Source of the DNA: Ignavibacteriota bacterium
Lineage (GTDB): Bacteria; Bacteroidota; Ignavibacteria; UBA10030
Length of the DNA: 64,000 bases
NCBI GenBank assembly: GCA_963701295.1
Contig: OY969585.1
Location: 2,848,001-2,912,000, forward strand
Direction: 5' to 3'
Made by a program: the position numbers and the translations under genes
Notes under the pieces: model-generated
Seen by the model: the letters and a program-made list of their open reading frames with translations, nothing else
Database searches by the model: none
What the model was told of the DNA's origin: nothing
Part shown: piece by piece, positions 20,926-31,636 of the stretch
Layout of the letters: each line of letters opens with the position of its first letter
Numbering within the stretch: position 1 is the stretch's first letter

Positions 20926-21603
20926 TTATATTTTCAGTTTGAATTCAATCCATTCGTAATTCATGTTTCCATTTGCAACCGTATGGAGCGTGAGGATGTG
21001 AATACCTTTTTGCAATTCAACTTGCGCTAAAGTAAATGCAAGATTCCAATGATGCCATTGCCTCCATGCAACAGTGTCTCTCTCTTGGTGTGTAGATGGA
21101 ACGAGTAGCGGACCTGAAATATCTTTTCCATCTATTGAAAGAGATATAGTGCCATTTCCGTTTGCAGTATACATAAGGCCGACATCATATTTTCCCGTTT
21201 CATTTACTTGTACCGTATAATTAATCCACTCGCCAGGCACGGTCCATCCCACATACAATTGTCCCATAAGAGGTTCTGTAAGATTATATTTATTATCGTC
21301 TATATCTCCAGTTTTGGTGTAGGAAATATCAACTCCTTCCTTCATACGAAATTCATTCAGAAATGTGCCGTTCGCAGGATTGAGTTTCCCACTTCCATTG
21401 TTGACCGAATCATTATCATGATAGGCGATTCCTTCTCCACCTGTATCATAAAGCGCGCACTGAATTTTACCAGGAATTTGCTGAGGATGGTCATTCCAAG
21501 CCTTACCTTTGTATTTCTCCTGTGAGAAAGTTTTGGGGGAACAAAACATAAAACCTGTAATTAATAGCAGGCAAAAACTACAAAAATTGATGTTTTTTCT
21601 CAT
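20926..21603 (-). CDS. Exported CBM6/CBM35-like carbohydrate-binding protein
   Basis: Signal peptide; IPGKIQCALYDTGGEGIAYHD, EGVDI, VGWTVPGEWINYTVQV, GNMNYEWIEF. Confidence 0.75.
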   Translation of the reverse strand: MRKNINFCSFCLLLITGFMFCSPKTFSQEKYKGKAWNDHPQQIPGKIQCALYDTGGEGIAYHDNDSVNNGSGKLNPANGTFLNEFRMKEGVDISYTKTGDIDDNKYNLTEPLMGQLYVGWTVPGEWINYTVQVNETGKYDVGLMYTANGNGTISLSIDGKDISGPLLVPSTHQERDTVAWRQWHHWNLAFTLAQVELQKGIHILTLHTVANGNMNYEWIEFKLKI

Positions 21604-21795
21604 GAATATGATACTTTGAGTTAAGAAAGGTTAGTTATGAACACATAGAGCTTACCTGCAATGTCATAAATGGTGACGCGTTGAGTTTGTTTTCATTCGT
21701 TTCTTTTTCTCTTAAAAAATTATTTCTTCCAAAACAGTTTTTAAAAGTATGATAGGTTTCATCAAAATTTTAATACCTCGTGTCTGAGAGAACCA

Positions 21796-23016
21796 TCACC
21801 TACTATAATAAGGGGCACCAGAATTACCCATATCAATTGCCACTATTGAGGGGTCACTTGACATAACACGTTCATAAAGAATATTACCTGTCCATGTTAA
21901 CCCACCAACTGCGGTTGTAATAAGATTTTTATACAATGGGCGCATTCCTGTGACCGTACCCGTGCTGTAGTAGACCAACAAAATGGGATCGACACTTTTA
22001 TCGGTAGCAATGTACATATTACCGTTAGCGGAAAAGGTCAAATCTTTAACCTTTGAAGTGGCATAATCACCGCTCGTGCTCCACAGTAATACCTGTTCTT
22101 GTGTTCCTAATGTGCCACCCGAAATTTGATGACGATAAACACCAGTGGTGGTTCCTCCTACAGCTAGAACATAAACATAATTTTGAAAAACGCGTACAGC
22201 CAAAATATTATAATTGACATAAGAAGGTCCTTTGGCCACTGAGGTTGCTTGAACGATATCTATGGTTTTATTTGTCCCTGATGTTCCCCCTGCATAAATA
22301 ACTCCATTTTGATCAAAGTCGAAACATGTCATATTTTCAAGAAAGCCGAATAATTTGGTTAGATTACCTCCTCCGCGTGCAACGGAATGAAATTCTCCAT
22401 CACTTCCCGTCATCAGTGCGTATAATGTCCCATTCGGCACAATCCGCATACAAGAAATTGTTAAACTGGTTGAATATGTAGCATAATCGCTCATTATCCC
22501 ATTTGTCGAAATTTTACGAATTACTTTATACGTTCCGGTACTGTCACGAGCACTAATAACCGCTACGTATACATTGCCAGAAGTATCAGAGGCAATAGTA
22601 TTCGAGAGTGTAGAACCGGGAAATGTACCAAGCGGTGTTACAACTCTTTTTATTTTATATTTTATTTGGGCAACATCATCAGCAAGCTGAACAACAACTC
22701 TTGTAGAAATAGTTTCACCGTAAGTTAACGGCCTGAGCATTACAATCTGATTCGAAGTAAAATTGGTGATAATACCAGGTTCTATTCCAAAATAGACAGA
22801 GCATTGATCCACAGTAGTCCCAAAATTACTTCCATTGATCGTGATATCAAGAACACCACCAATTGCACTATCCGCAGGAGAAATGCTCGTAATGACAGGG
22901 GATGCGACAGGATTTGCCGCTGGCGGCCAGCCCGGCGGAATAATATTATCAACGCACCCCGAAAGTAGAGCTACGATGATTACAAATGTAATAATAATAA
23001 ATATATTTTTTTTCAT
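21796..23016 (-). CDS. Lipoprotein with IPT/TIG domain and probable beta-propeller
   Basis: Lipobox LLSGC; PVITSISP...ITINGSNFG (IPT); blade-like repeats DTSGNVYVA, PNGTLYA, DQNGVIYA, SANGNMYIA; GAGGAG upstream. Confidence 0.75.
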   Translation of the reverse strand: MKKNIFIIITFVIIVALLSGCVDNIIPPGWPPAANPVASPVITSISPADSAIGGVLDITINGSNFGTTVDQCSVYFGIEPGIITNFTSNQIVMLRPLTYGETISTRVVVQLADDVAQIKYKIKRVVTPLGTFPGSTLSNTIASDTSGNVYVAVISARDSTGTYKVIRKISTNGIMSDYATYSTSLTISCMRIVPNGTLYALMTGSDGEFHSVARGGGNLTKLFGFLENMTCFDFDQNGVIYAGGTSGTNKTIDIVQATSVAKGPSYVNYNILAVRVFQNYVYVLAVGGTTTGVYRHQISGGTLGTQEQVLLWSTSGDYATSKVKDLTFSANGNMYIATDKSVDPILLVYYSTGTVTGMRPLYKNLITTAVGGLTWTGNILYERVMSSDPSIVAIDMGNSGAPYYSR

Positions 23017-23030
23017 GTTTAATCTCCTCA

Positions 23031-24035
23031 CTATATCTTTAATCTTACCGTAATGCGCTGAATGTCATCGAAATATTTCATCGGTGTGTACGCATAATCT
23101 ATTGCAAGGCCAAACTGCGATACGCCAACTCCATAACTGAATTGTTCTAAATCAGCGTGCGAGTTATAGCCTAAGCGGAAGGAGATCGTATTCATAAATG
23201 TATAGTTTATGCCTATTAAAAGTTGTTCCGGGTACGAACGATCATGTGTTAAATCGACCGACACGATCAAGCTTTGATCTTCCTTAGCTTTTTCCCAAAA
23301 ATCCATTACATCCATGGAAACACCGAGAGTAAAAAGAAGCGGCATTTGAAACGATTCCTGTTCATACGTTAGCTGTCCGGAAAAGTGACGAATAGATATT
23401 CCAAACGAAAGACTCTTGAGTCCAGTTTTAAAAAGGGTACCAAAGTCAAAAGCTATCGGATTCATCTTAAAAGAAGTCTTTACCGTGCTGGAATCCCTGA
23501 TGTCAATGCTTGTGGGAACATCGCCATCTCCCAAACTCTGGTGAACATATTTTATCTGACCTCCGACGGAAAACTGATCGGTCAATTTATTAGCATAGCC
23601 GATGCCCGCGCTATAGGCTTGCAAAGAAAATGTACCTAAATACAGAAAATTATCATTATTATTGTACACTATGGTTCTATAAAAATCACCATAGTTTACA
23701 TCCTGTACTGATACACCAACAATGCCCCATGAACCCAAATTAACAGCCGCGCTAAATTGCGTATGTTTAATATCGGCGATCCATGGGTTATAACTTGCCG
23801 ATACTTCTGCGGTATTTTTCATTTCCGTTAAGCAGGCGGGGTTGAAAAAAAGTGAACTCGAGCCCATTGGCAGTGTGTTAACTGCACCAGCCATTCCGGC
23901 TGCTTTTGCATCTGAAATAACACTCAAGAAATCAAAACCGGTTTGCGCAAGTTTGACATTATCTTGAGCAATGCTGCCATTTCTCATAGATATAAGAAAG
24001 ACAAGCTCAATGAAAAGAATTATTCTTATTTTCAT
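23031..24035 (-). CDS. PorV/PorQ (UPF0164)-family outer-membrane beta-barrel, copy A
   Basis: KLAQTGFDFLSVISDAKAAGMAGA...SLFFNPA, WIADIKH, IDYAYTP. Confidence 0.85.
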   Translation of the reverse strand: MKIRIILFIELVFLISMRNGSIAQDNVKLAQTGFDFLSVISDAKAAGMAGAVNTLPMGSSSLFFNPACLTEMKNTAEVSASYNPWIADIKHTQFSAAVNLGSWGIVGVSVQDVNYGDFYRTIVYNNNDNFLYLGTFSLQAYSAGIGYANKLTDQFSVGGQIKYVHQSLGDGDVPTSIDIRDSSTVKTSFKMNPIAFDFGTLFKTGLKSLSFGISIRHFSGQLTYEQESFQMPLLFTLGVSMDVMDFWEKAKEDQSLIVSVDLTHDRSYPEQLLIGINYTFMNTISFRLGYNSHADLEQFSYGVGVSQFGLAIDYAYTPMKYFDDIQRITVRLKI

Positions 24036-24060
24036 AACATTTATTCCTCAGATTAATTTG

Positions 24061-26315
24061 TCAACGAATTACAACAAATTTTCTGTATATGGACTTACCA
24101 CTACTTGTTTGAAAATGAGCAATATATATCCCGCTTACGATCGTTTGACCGTATGTTGTTTTTTGATTCCAATGTTCGTCTCCGCTCCCATTCGTATGTT
24201 CCATCTGCCATATCAGTTCTCCACGCTCAGTGAATATCCGGATAGTACACCCTTCCTTCGGTAAATTCACAAACGCGATTCTATCCTGGTCAAAACCTTG
24301 GTTGGCAAGCGTCGGATCAAGAGTCAATCCCCACTGTAGTTTTCTGGATCTTACGATATATGGATTGGGAACTATATAGATAGAATCCATTCCGGATTTA
24401 CCCTCTTTAAGCAAATAAGCACCCTCCTCCGTTTGGGTTAAGAACTGACTACTTACCAAAGGAACACCCGGTTCAATCGTATTAGTCGAGCCGTCATCTT
24501 TGCTCTGGATGTAGTAAAAATATTCTGTGGCACGCGCTACTGCGGTATCAAGATATGTATCGTTAGGATACGATTTATCACATTCCCATATTTTCTTGTA
24601 TACCGTTATATCATCATATACACTTCCGGCTGCACGATATATCACAAATCCGTTGAAATGAGCTGATGCTCTGGCTTCACTAGCTGTCCACGAAAGCTGA
24701 ATGCCATTAGCACTAGAAGTTACATTAAATTGCGCAGGCGCCGGAGGCGGTTGAAGAGCATGGTAGTCGGAATTATATAAATCTATTGCTCTTTGGAACA
24801 TTCTTTGGATTGAGTAAGGCTTCGTGGAGTCTTCAATAGAAAATACCCATGCGTCTTTGTATTGGTTATAAGGTGCGGCATCGATTTTATATTTAGTATA
24901 AACTGGGTTAGCACTGACAAGTGAGCTGGTACCGATACTGACACCAGAGGGCATCGTGAATGCCGGTGTAACTCCGCCTGAAGGATTATACCCTGCATAC
25001 CAATTATTTGAAACCACGCGATTCGAATCTCGATCGAGTCCCGTTACTCCTTCGGCTAAAACAATATGAATACTATCGCCGGGGGCAAGCTTGTATGGTC
25101 CGAAACCCTGTATTTGCCCTGGACCGGCAGTACTACCTTGCAGCATTGTTTTTGAAAATTGATCTGCGCATGTTGCGCTACTTGCAACAAACTCATCCGC
25201 ATAGCTCTTCGGATGAAGTCCTGTATTTCCGCCAAGACTCATAAATTTATACCATCGAGCCATTGAAGTTTCATCATAAGGCGGGCACGCATAATCTAAA
25301 GGATCATCCGCATTGATATATGCCGTATTCATCGGTTGAGTTTTATCGTCACTTTGATCATGCGCCGATTTATCAGCATGGAGCGTAACACAACCTACAT
25401 ACCGCGCAGCAGCAAGCACGCTTCCAGATTGATACGGATTAGGACATCCCCAGTCATCCAGGACTTTGTTGTCCCCACTATGAGGACCATAATACCCATA
25501 CAGCGCTCGATATTTAAAGTCCGCACTCGTTGGGTCTGTGCCCATAACCTGAACTAATGTATTAACTCCCCAGCGCGTACTTTGTGCCGACCAACCAACA
25601 ACAGGAAAATTAGAACTTGCTACGGCTTCTCCAGCAAGACTATACCGATATTGGAATAGAAATAGACAACTATCAAGAGTCTGAGGTACCACTGTTCCTG
25701 CTACATTAATAATTCCCGTGTTTTTGAAAACATAATCGTAGATAAAGAAATTATTATTGTATTGATTGGGAAAAACCATAATCTTTCTCGTCATCGTTAT
25801 TCCCATCGGAGTATTAATCGTATTGACGATCATTCGATCTGCCTGCATGGTGGGGTCTATCTCATCCAACTTATCATAAAGACCCATTGTCGCATTGGCA
25901 ATTTTTCCATCGACGGTTACCACGGGGTGATTATATTTTCCTATATATTTAAACGGTTGAGTAAGTGCGTTGAGACCGTCATAGCTCCCTGAGCGAGGAC
26001 CGAGTGTCAGCACTTTGTATTTGAAGGGTAGTTTGCTAACAGGATCTATGAAATTTTGACAGCCGATCCATAAGCCTTTCGCCCGTACAGAACAAGATTT
26101 TAATCCATACGCAGCAGGCCAGACATAGGCCGGTCCATAAAGGGGGTTTCATCGCTTTCCGTTTCAGTGCCATAATCTGTAAAATATGACTGGATATTAC
26201 TAAAACGTATCCACGCTCTTAAACCCTGTGCTTTCACAGAAACTGTGGAAAGAACTACAGCGATAAAAACAAAAATTAAAAATAAAAGTATATTACGTCT
26301 CATAAACAGTTTCAT
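24061..26315 (-). CDS. Large secreted protein (~750 aa) with FN3-like domain and variant 'IVPNPY' C-terminal domain (apparent -1 frameshift at ~26140)
   Basis: GGAGGAG SD and signal peptide in ORF 26100..26336. Adding one base in the CCCCCTTT run gives ...YGPAYVWPAAYG...AKGLWIG... in frame with ORF 24061..26013. PPPAP-FN3; C-terminus IYIVPNPY...IAFVNLP..CTIRIFTERGELI...WNQ...SGIYIAHF...RKFVVIR. Confidence 0.75.
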
Positions 26316-26332
26316 GGAATTTTCTCCTCCAA

Positions 26333-29300
26333 TCATATTTTAAACGATAGCTTCATTCCGAAAAATATTTGCCGTGGATTCAAAAATGTGAATGACGTTA
26401 AATTGGGCATATCGATATACGCCTTGGTGCTCAAAATTTTATCCATTCTTGCTTTATCAACTTCCACCCATTGACCATTCGTAACCTCGTTATACGTCGC
26501 TGTTTGTGCACCATAATAAATTGTTCCCGCAATCACACTGGAAATAGGCGGTAAAGAACTCACCCATAATACAGGTTGATAATCAGCACCATTTGCTCTA
26601 TAGTCACCGATTCTATCATTTCCCGGTACGTTATTATATACATCGCTTTTAGGAAGATGAAGAGATTCCATATATGAATCTTCGTCGGCAGTACCAGAAA
26701 ATGAATTCATATTCATCTTTTTGTAATTCAGAACATTATACACATCGACAAACAACTCGACGTTTACAGTCCTCAAATCAAAGGCCTTGCTAAATCTTAA
26801 TTGGACGTCACAGTTATCTGTGGTTTGCACATTATTGTTTATTCCATATCTACCGAACGGATTATAAGTGGTATACGAACCCGCTTGCCAATTGAATTGC
26901 ACATTTAACAAAAAACTACCCAACGGTATAAAAGAGCCCCAGTGAGGACCAAAATCCTCAGGAGTAAATAAACTGATGTTCACTCGAGCATAAGGACTGG
27001 GAACGGGCACTTGTTGGTACGACTTATCTGTTTGTGCAGCATAATTTGTTTGATCTGTGACATTCTCATATTCGAAATTATTGCCAAACCAACCTCCAGA
27101 AATCGATTGATATGTGTAGTTTGCAAATCCCGTCCAAAACTGACCGCTAGTCTTTCGTAAAGAAATTTCAAGGCCACGAACATCCTGCATAACCAGAACT
27201 TATGGGCTGAGCGTACCCATTGAGGTACCCATAGGTACATACGTAACAGTAAGTGTATTTCCATTGATATCGAGCTGATCATTTGTGATATCCCGATAAA
27301 ATGCGCTTATTTGGAGAAGAATATTATCACCTAAGTAATGATCATACCCGAGCTCGTAGGCAACAGTTTTCGCCAGAGTTTGATTTGGATTACCGAAGTT
27401 TGCAACTTGTCCAGATGATGAGCGGCCTATAGCATACATATTTTCGTATGACGGCATTTGCATAAAATGTCCGTAATTGAAATAAAGTTTTGAGTTTTCT
27501 GTAATTGGATGTGCAATACCGAGGCGTGGACTAAATTGCCATTGTGGTTTTGATCGGGTAAGAGGTACTTCCGAAGTTGCATTGGGTCCAAAAAACGACA
27601 CAGAGAATGGATTACCAGTGTACCAATCCGTCTGAGGATCGCTATAATCCACCCTGAATCCTAAATTAGCAACAAATCCATTTGTCTCTAATTTATCCTG
27701 GATATACATACCTGCTCTGATGGGGTAAACACGCATTAGAATACGGTCTTGATAGGATAGACCGTCACTTAATGCATAAACTTGTCCATAATCAAAAGAC
27801 AAATCGTTATAAACAAATTCTATTCCTGTTTTGAGTAAGTTCTTGAAGTCAATCTGACTTGTAAAATCTGCCTTCAACGATGTTGCAGATACTTCACTAT
27901 GGTCCCGATACAAACATTCGGAACCTCCAAACTCAAGCCCCGTTGGCCCCATTGTTTTCATGGTAGCATATCCGTATGGCTCTTCATTGACAAAGAAACC
28001 ATTCACAATTTGATAAACCGAATCCATGTTCCGTCCCGCCGAAGGTTCGGAAAGGTACGATCGCGTTATTCGCTCGAGTCTAATTTCATAATATGATGTT
28101 GGAGAAAGGAATTGAGTTACATCTCCCGAAATTGAGTTATATGATATTTCAGACGGGCTGAAATACGCTGTATTAAAGAGTCCAGTTTGACCATAGCCTG
28201 CAATTTGATCAGCTACTTGCTGCGGAGTCGTGATATAGAGACCGCTAGCCCAGTTTTGAGCCAGCGTGAAAGGCCAGTTTTGAGCTTGCGAATATTGTTT
28301 ACCAGAAAAGAATGCTACGGCCAACTTCAAGGATTTTGTCAGGTCTGAGTTAAATCGCACGTTCCAGTCCCAATTCACATTATCGTCTCGTGTCAATGGA
28401 ACCAAGAGCGTTACGTCTTGTCTACGGTAGGTACTAAAGAAACGAAGATCGCCTAGATACTTATCAATAAAAGGTACCGGACCGCCAAAACCTGCATCAA
28501 CATCATAATCGGGTTGGGCAACTGGTCGTCTTCGTGTATCGAAAAGAAATTGCTTTTGTAGCGCCTCTGGAGAAAGATATGTAGAACCAACCGTTGTATT
28601 TCTTTCCTGTGATACCGTATTCCATCCCTCCCAATTTGGATATGAAGCTTGAGTATATGTATCCCAAGCACCATTACTCGTACCTGTCCAACAAACTGCG
28701 GGATCTAAATACGGCCGTAGCCAATAAGAATTTTTATCAAACGGTGATATACCCATAGCTTTATATTGGTACGGGCTAGCGCGAACAGTCGCTGTCGCGG
28801 TATAGTGTGATTTATCTCCCTCTTTCGTAATCACATTGACGATGCCGGAGCGAACCTGGCCATATTCGGCATTAAACCCACCGCGTTCTATAGAAACTTC
28901 TTTAACAGAACTCATCGCAATCGATGAAATAGGGCTATTATTCCGTGGATCACGGAGTGATATACCATTAACCTGAAACAATGCATCACTCTGGTCTCCA
29001 CCACGGATTTGCATATTTTCCTTTACACCGGCTTGAGTCTGAATAACCGACAGCATATTTGAAACGGGCAGTTGACTAATTTCATCACTACTCACTGTAA
29101 CAACGGCGGCAGACACATCGGGTTTGATAAGCCTTTCCCCATAAACAATTGTTTCTTCAACTTGGACATCTTTTGCCTCGAGGGTGACATCGACGCGTGC
29201 TGTTTGATCAATGTAAACCCTCACATCAGTCATGACAATTTTTCTATAACCAACGCAAGAGATTTGAACTTGATATATTCCCGGAGGAACGGACAATATA

Positions 29301-29500
29301 GAATATTCTCCACTCATATCTGTAGAAACACCAAGAGATGTACCGAGGACGATGACATTAGCTTCCATGATAGGTTCACCGTTTAATTTATCGGTAATCG
29401 TCCCTGCAATTTTTCCTGTAGTACCTGCTATCCCAATCACAGATAAAGAAAACAGCCCTAATAATAAGAGCAATGTCAGAAAAAGAAATCTACTTTTCAT
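26333..29500 (-). CDS. TonB-dependent receptor (non-SusC type), copy A; in-frame TAA at 27200-27202 explained by two compensating indels
   Basis: TTGKIAGTITD, QIRGG, ERGGFNAEYGQVRSG, SPRLGIAHPITE; ends NPRQIFFGMKLSFKI. ORFs 27200..29581 and 26333..27190 share a frame, and a local -1/+1 shift reads YAQPISSGYADVRG, matching YARYVNRDYGNVKG of copy B. Confidence 0.88.
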
Positions 29501-29983
29501 AGTTTTTTTTTCCTTATGTATTGAGTAAACGATTAAAACACTATCTCTAATCAATGGCGCAACGATAACAGTAATTCTCAAACTTAATTCAGATCAAGTC
29601 CTATATTATGGGTAACCTCCCTACAGGTCCATTATGTTGTAGGTTGATACGAGATGTAATTGATTAAACCTAGGGTTCAAATTACAATTTTTCTCTCAAT
29701 CTGAACCGTATTATCTCTTCTGCTTCTTTCAGATGAGCCGCCACAGCCGCCGTTGTTTTATTTACTTTTTTACTTTCATACTGCATTTAGAATATTTTGA
29801 TTTTTCCTTGATTTGGTGATTATGAATAGTTGTTTATGGTGAATTAATTATCATTAAATGCTTGTGTTTCTAAGAAGAAATAATAGATTGGTAAAAATGG
29901 CGCTTATTTCCATAAGTGGTGTCAACATTTATGATACGCTCTTCCTGGGTGGTAATAGTACAAGTTAAATCACTGACCTGACC

Positions 29984-30087
29984 ATCATGTTATGTACCAT
30001 AGAATTAATTACCAAAAGCTTAAAAAAATGCCCTATTGTTTTTTTAGCAATATCATTTATATGTCGAATCCTTATCAGAAATGATAA
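29984..30087 (-). promoter_or_regulatory. Candidate activator site (TTATCA-N4-TGATAA) with a downstream imperfect -24/-12 promoter
   Basis: Perfect palindrome TTATCAgaaaTGATAA at 30072-30087 and half site TATCA at 30051-30055. Minus-strand TGGTAC-ATAAC-ATGA at 29999-29985 faces the TBDR operon. Confidence 0.4.
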
Positions 30088-30160
30088 CGAGTGGAGAACT
30101 ATCTTATTAACCTTAGTTAAAAAAATGTGGTAGTTGGAGCGGACAACAAGCGGTCAACCT

Positions 30161-31621
30161 TTATTTCAAGCCAAGTTCCTTACATATTCTATGATAATTG
30201 GGAGGGGCAAGACCTAGTTTTCTAGCTGCTTCTGCATCAGATGTGGAATTCTTTCGTATGTATTCAAAATATTTCCTCCGAAAATATTTTTCCATCTCCC
30301 ACAAGTTCTTCTCACCTTCTGGGTGAGGAAATAAGACTCCATCAATCGTACTGAGTGACTGTAGCTGTGATTGCAGATGAAAGATTTCTTTCACCACTTC
30401 AACGGAGATGATAGTTTCGTTGCGTAATAGGACGCGGTGTACGACATTTTTTAATTCACGGACATTTCCTGGCCATGAATACTTTTTAAGCAGATCATGT
30501 GCAGTATCCGCGGTTATTGGCGGTGTCTTACCCATGTCTATACTTATCTGCCGAATATAATGCTCCCAAAGAACAAGAATATCTTCCGGACGATCTTTGA
30601 GAAGCGAAACGTAGATTGGGACAACATTAAGTCTATAAAACAAATCTTCTCGAAATCTTCCTGCCAATACCTCCTGCTGAAGAATTTTATTCGTTGCGGC
30701 AATAATTCGAACATCAACTTTGATTTTGTCTGTTCTACCGATTTTTGCAAGCTCTCCCCCCTCAATCACGCGAAGTAACTTGGATTGTGCTTGTGGTGGA
30801 AGATCCGCTATTTCATCAAGAAACAGTGTTCCATGATGTGCTACTTCGAATAATCCCGGCTTACTCGTTGTAGCGTTGGTAAATGCTCCTTTCTCATACC
30901 CAAACAGTTCACTTTCGATAAGGTCTTGCGGAATGCTGCTACAATTGATTGGAACAAAGTTTTCGAATTTCCGCTTGCTCTCATAGTGAATATTGGTTGC
31001 GACCAGTTCCTTCCCTGTCCCTGTTGATCCTGTAATCAGTACTGTTGCATCGGATGTTGAAAGTTGTTTAATTTGGCTCCGTATTTTTTGGCTTTGTTCA
31101 GAAATCCCAAGAATTCGGACACTTGCGAGTTTATCTTCAACATTGTGTAAAAGTTTCCGTTGGGCTCTCAATTGTTCGCGTTCAAGGTTCTTTCTTTGAT
31201 ATGCATTTACTATGCTGATAATAAAATCCGTCGGTTGATAGATAAAATCTTTGATATCTGTCGGATATTTTGTGCAGTACCAAAAGGCACCAGCTTTGAG
31301 TAATTTATTGGCGAAATCAAAATCCGTAATGTTGACAGTCATTTTTGTGATCACAATGATCTGCAACGATGATGAAATCTTTTTAATAGCATGAATCAGA
31401 GAATCGCCCATAATCCTCCCAGCGATTTGCATATCCATAATCACGACGTCGAATTGATCTTTTCCTCTTCCGAGCAATTTCAAGGCAGTATCGCCATTAG
31501 AAACTACCTCAAGGATTTGTATCTGGTCGCTAAATGGACGTATCGTATTACGCACACGACGCACATCAAAGTCTTCATCCTCGATTAAAAGAACTCTTAT
31601 TATTCCATTAAATAGCATCAT
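30161..31621 (-). CDS. NtrC-family (sigma-54-interaction AAA+) response regulator
   Basis: Receiver IEDED...VIMD; Walker A GSTGTGKE; ESELFGYEKGAFTNA; GTLFLDEI; FREDLFYRLNV; WPGNVREL; C-terminal HTH EAARKLGL. Confidence 0.93.
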   Translation of the reverse strand: MMLFNGIIRVLLIEDEDFDVRRVRNTIRPFSDQIQILEVVSNGDTALKLLGRGKDQFDVVIMDMQIAGRIMGDSLIHAIKKISSSLQIIVITKMTVNITDFDFANKLLKAGAFWYCTKYPTDIKDFIYQPTDFIISIVNAYQRKNLEREQLRAQRKLLHNVEDKLASVRILGISEQSQKIRSQIKQLSTSDATVLITGSTGTGKELVATNIHYESKRKFENFVPINCSSIPQDLIESELFGYEKGAFTNATTSKPGLFEVAHHGTLFLDEIADLPPQAQSKLLRVIEGGELAKIGRTDKIKVDVRIIAATNKILQQEVLAGRFREDLFYRLNVVPIYVSLLKDRPEDILVLWEHYIRQISIDMGKTPPITADTAHDLLKKYSWPGNVRELKNVVHRVLLRNETIISVEVVKEIFHLQSQLQSLSTIDGVLFPHPEGEKNLWEMEKYFRRKYFEYIRKNSTSDAEAARKLGLAPPNYHRICKELGLK

Positions 31622-31636
31622 ATCTCTCTGTCATTC

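Noticed and set aside
26333-27190. Separate 285-aa gene after a 793-aa receptor
   Set aside because: Same frame as the upstream ORF, no signal peptide, and it encodes the barrel C-terminus, so both are one gene.
13900-29500. Calling the receptors susC and their neighbours susD
   Set aside because: The SusC signature is absent, and the downstream proteins lack a lipobox and carry C-terminal sorting domains.
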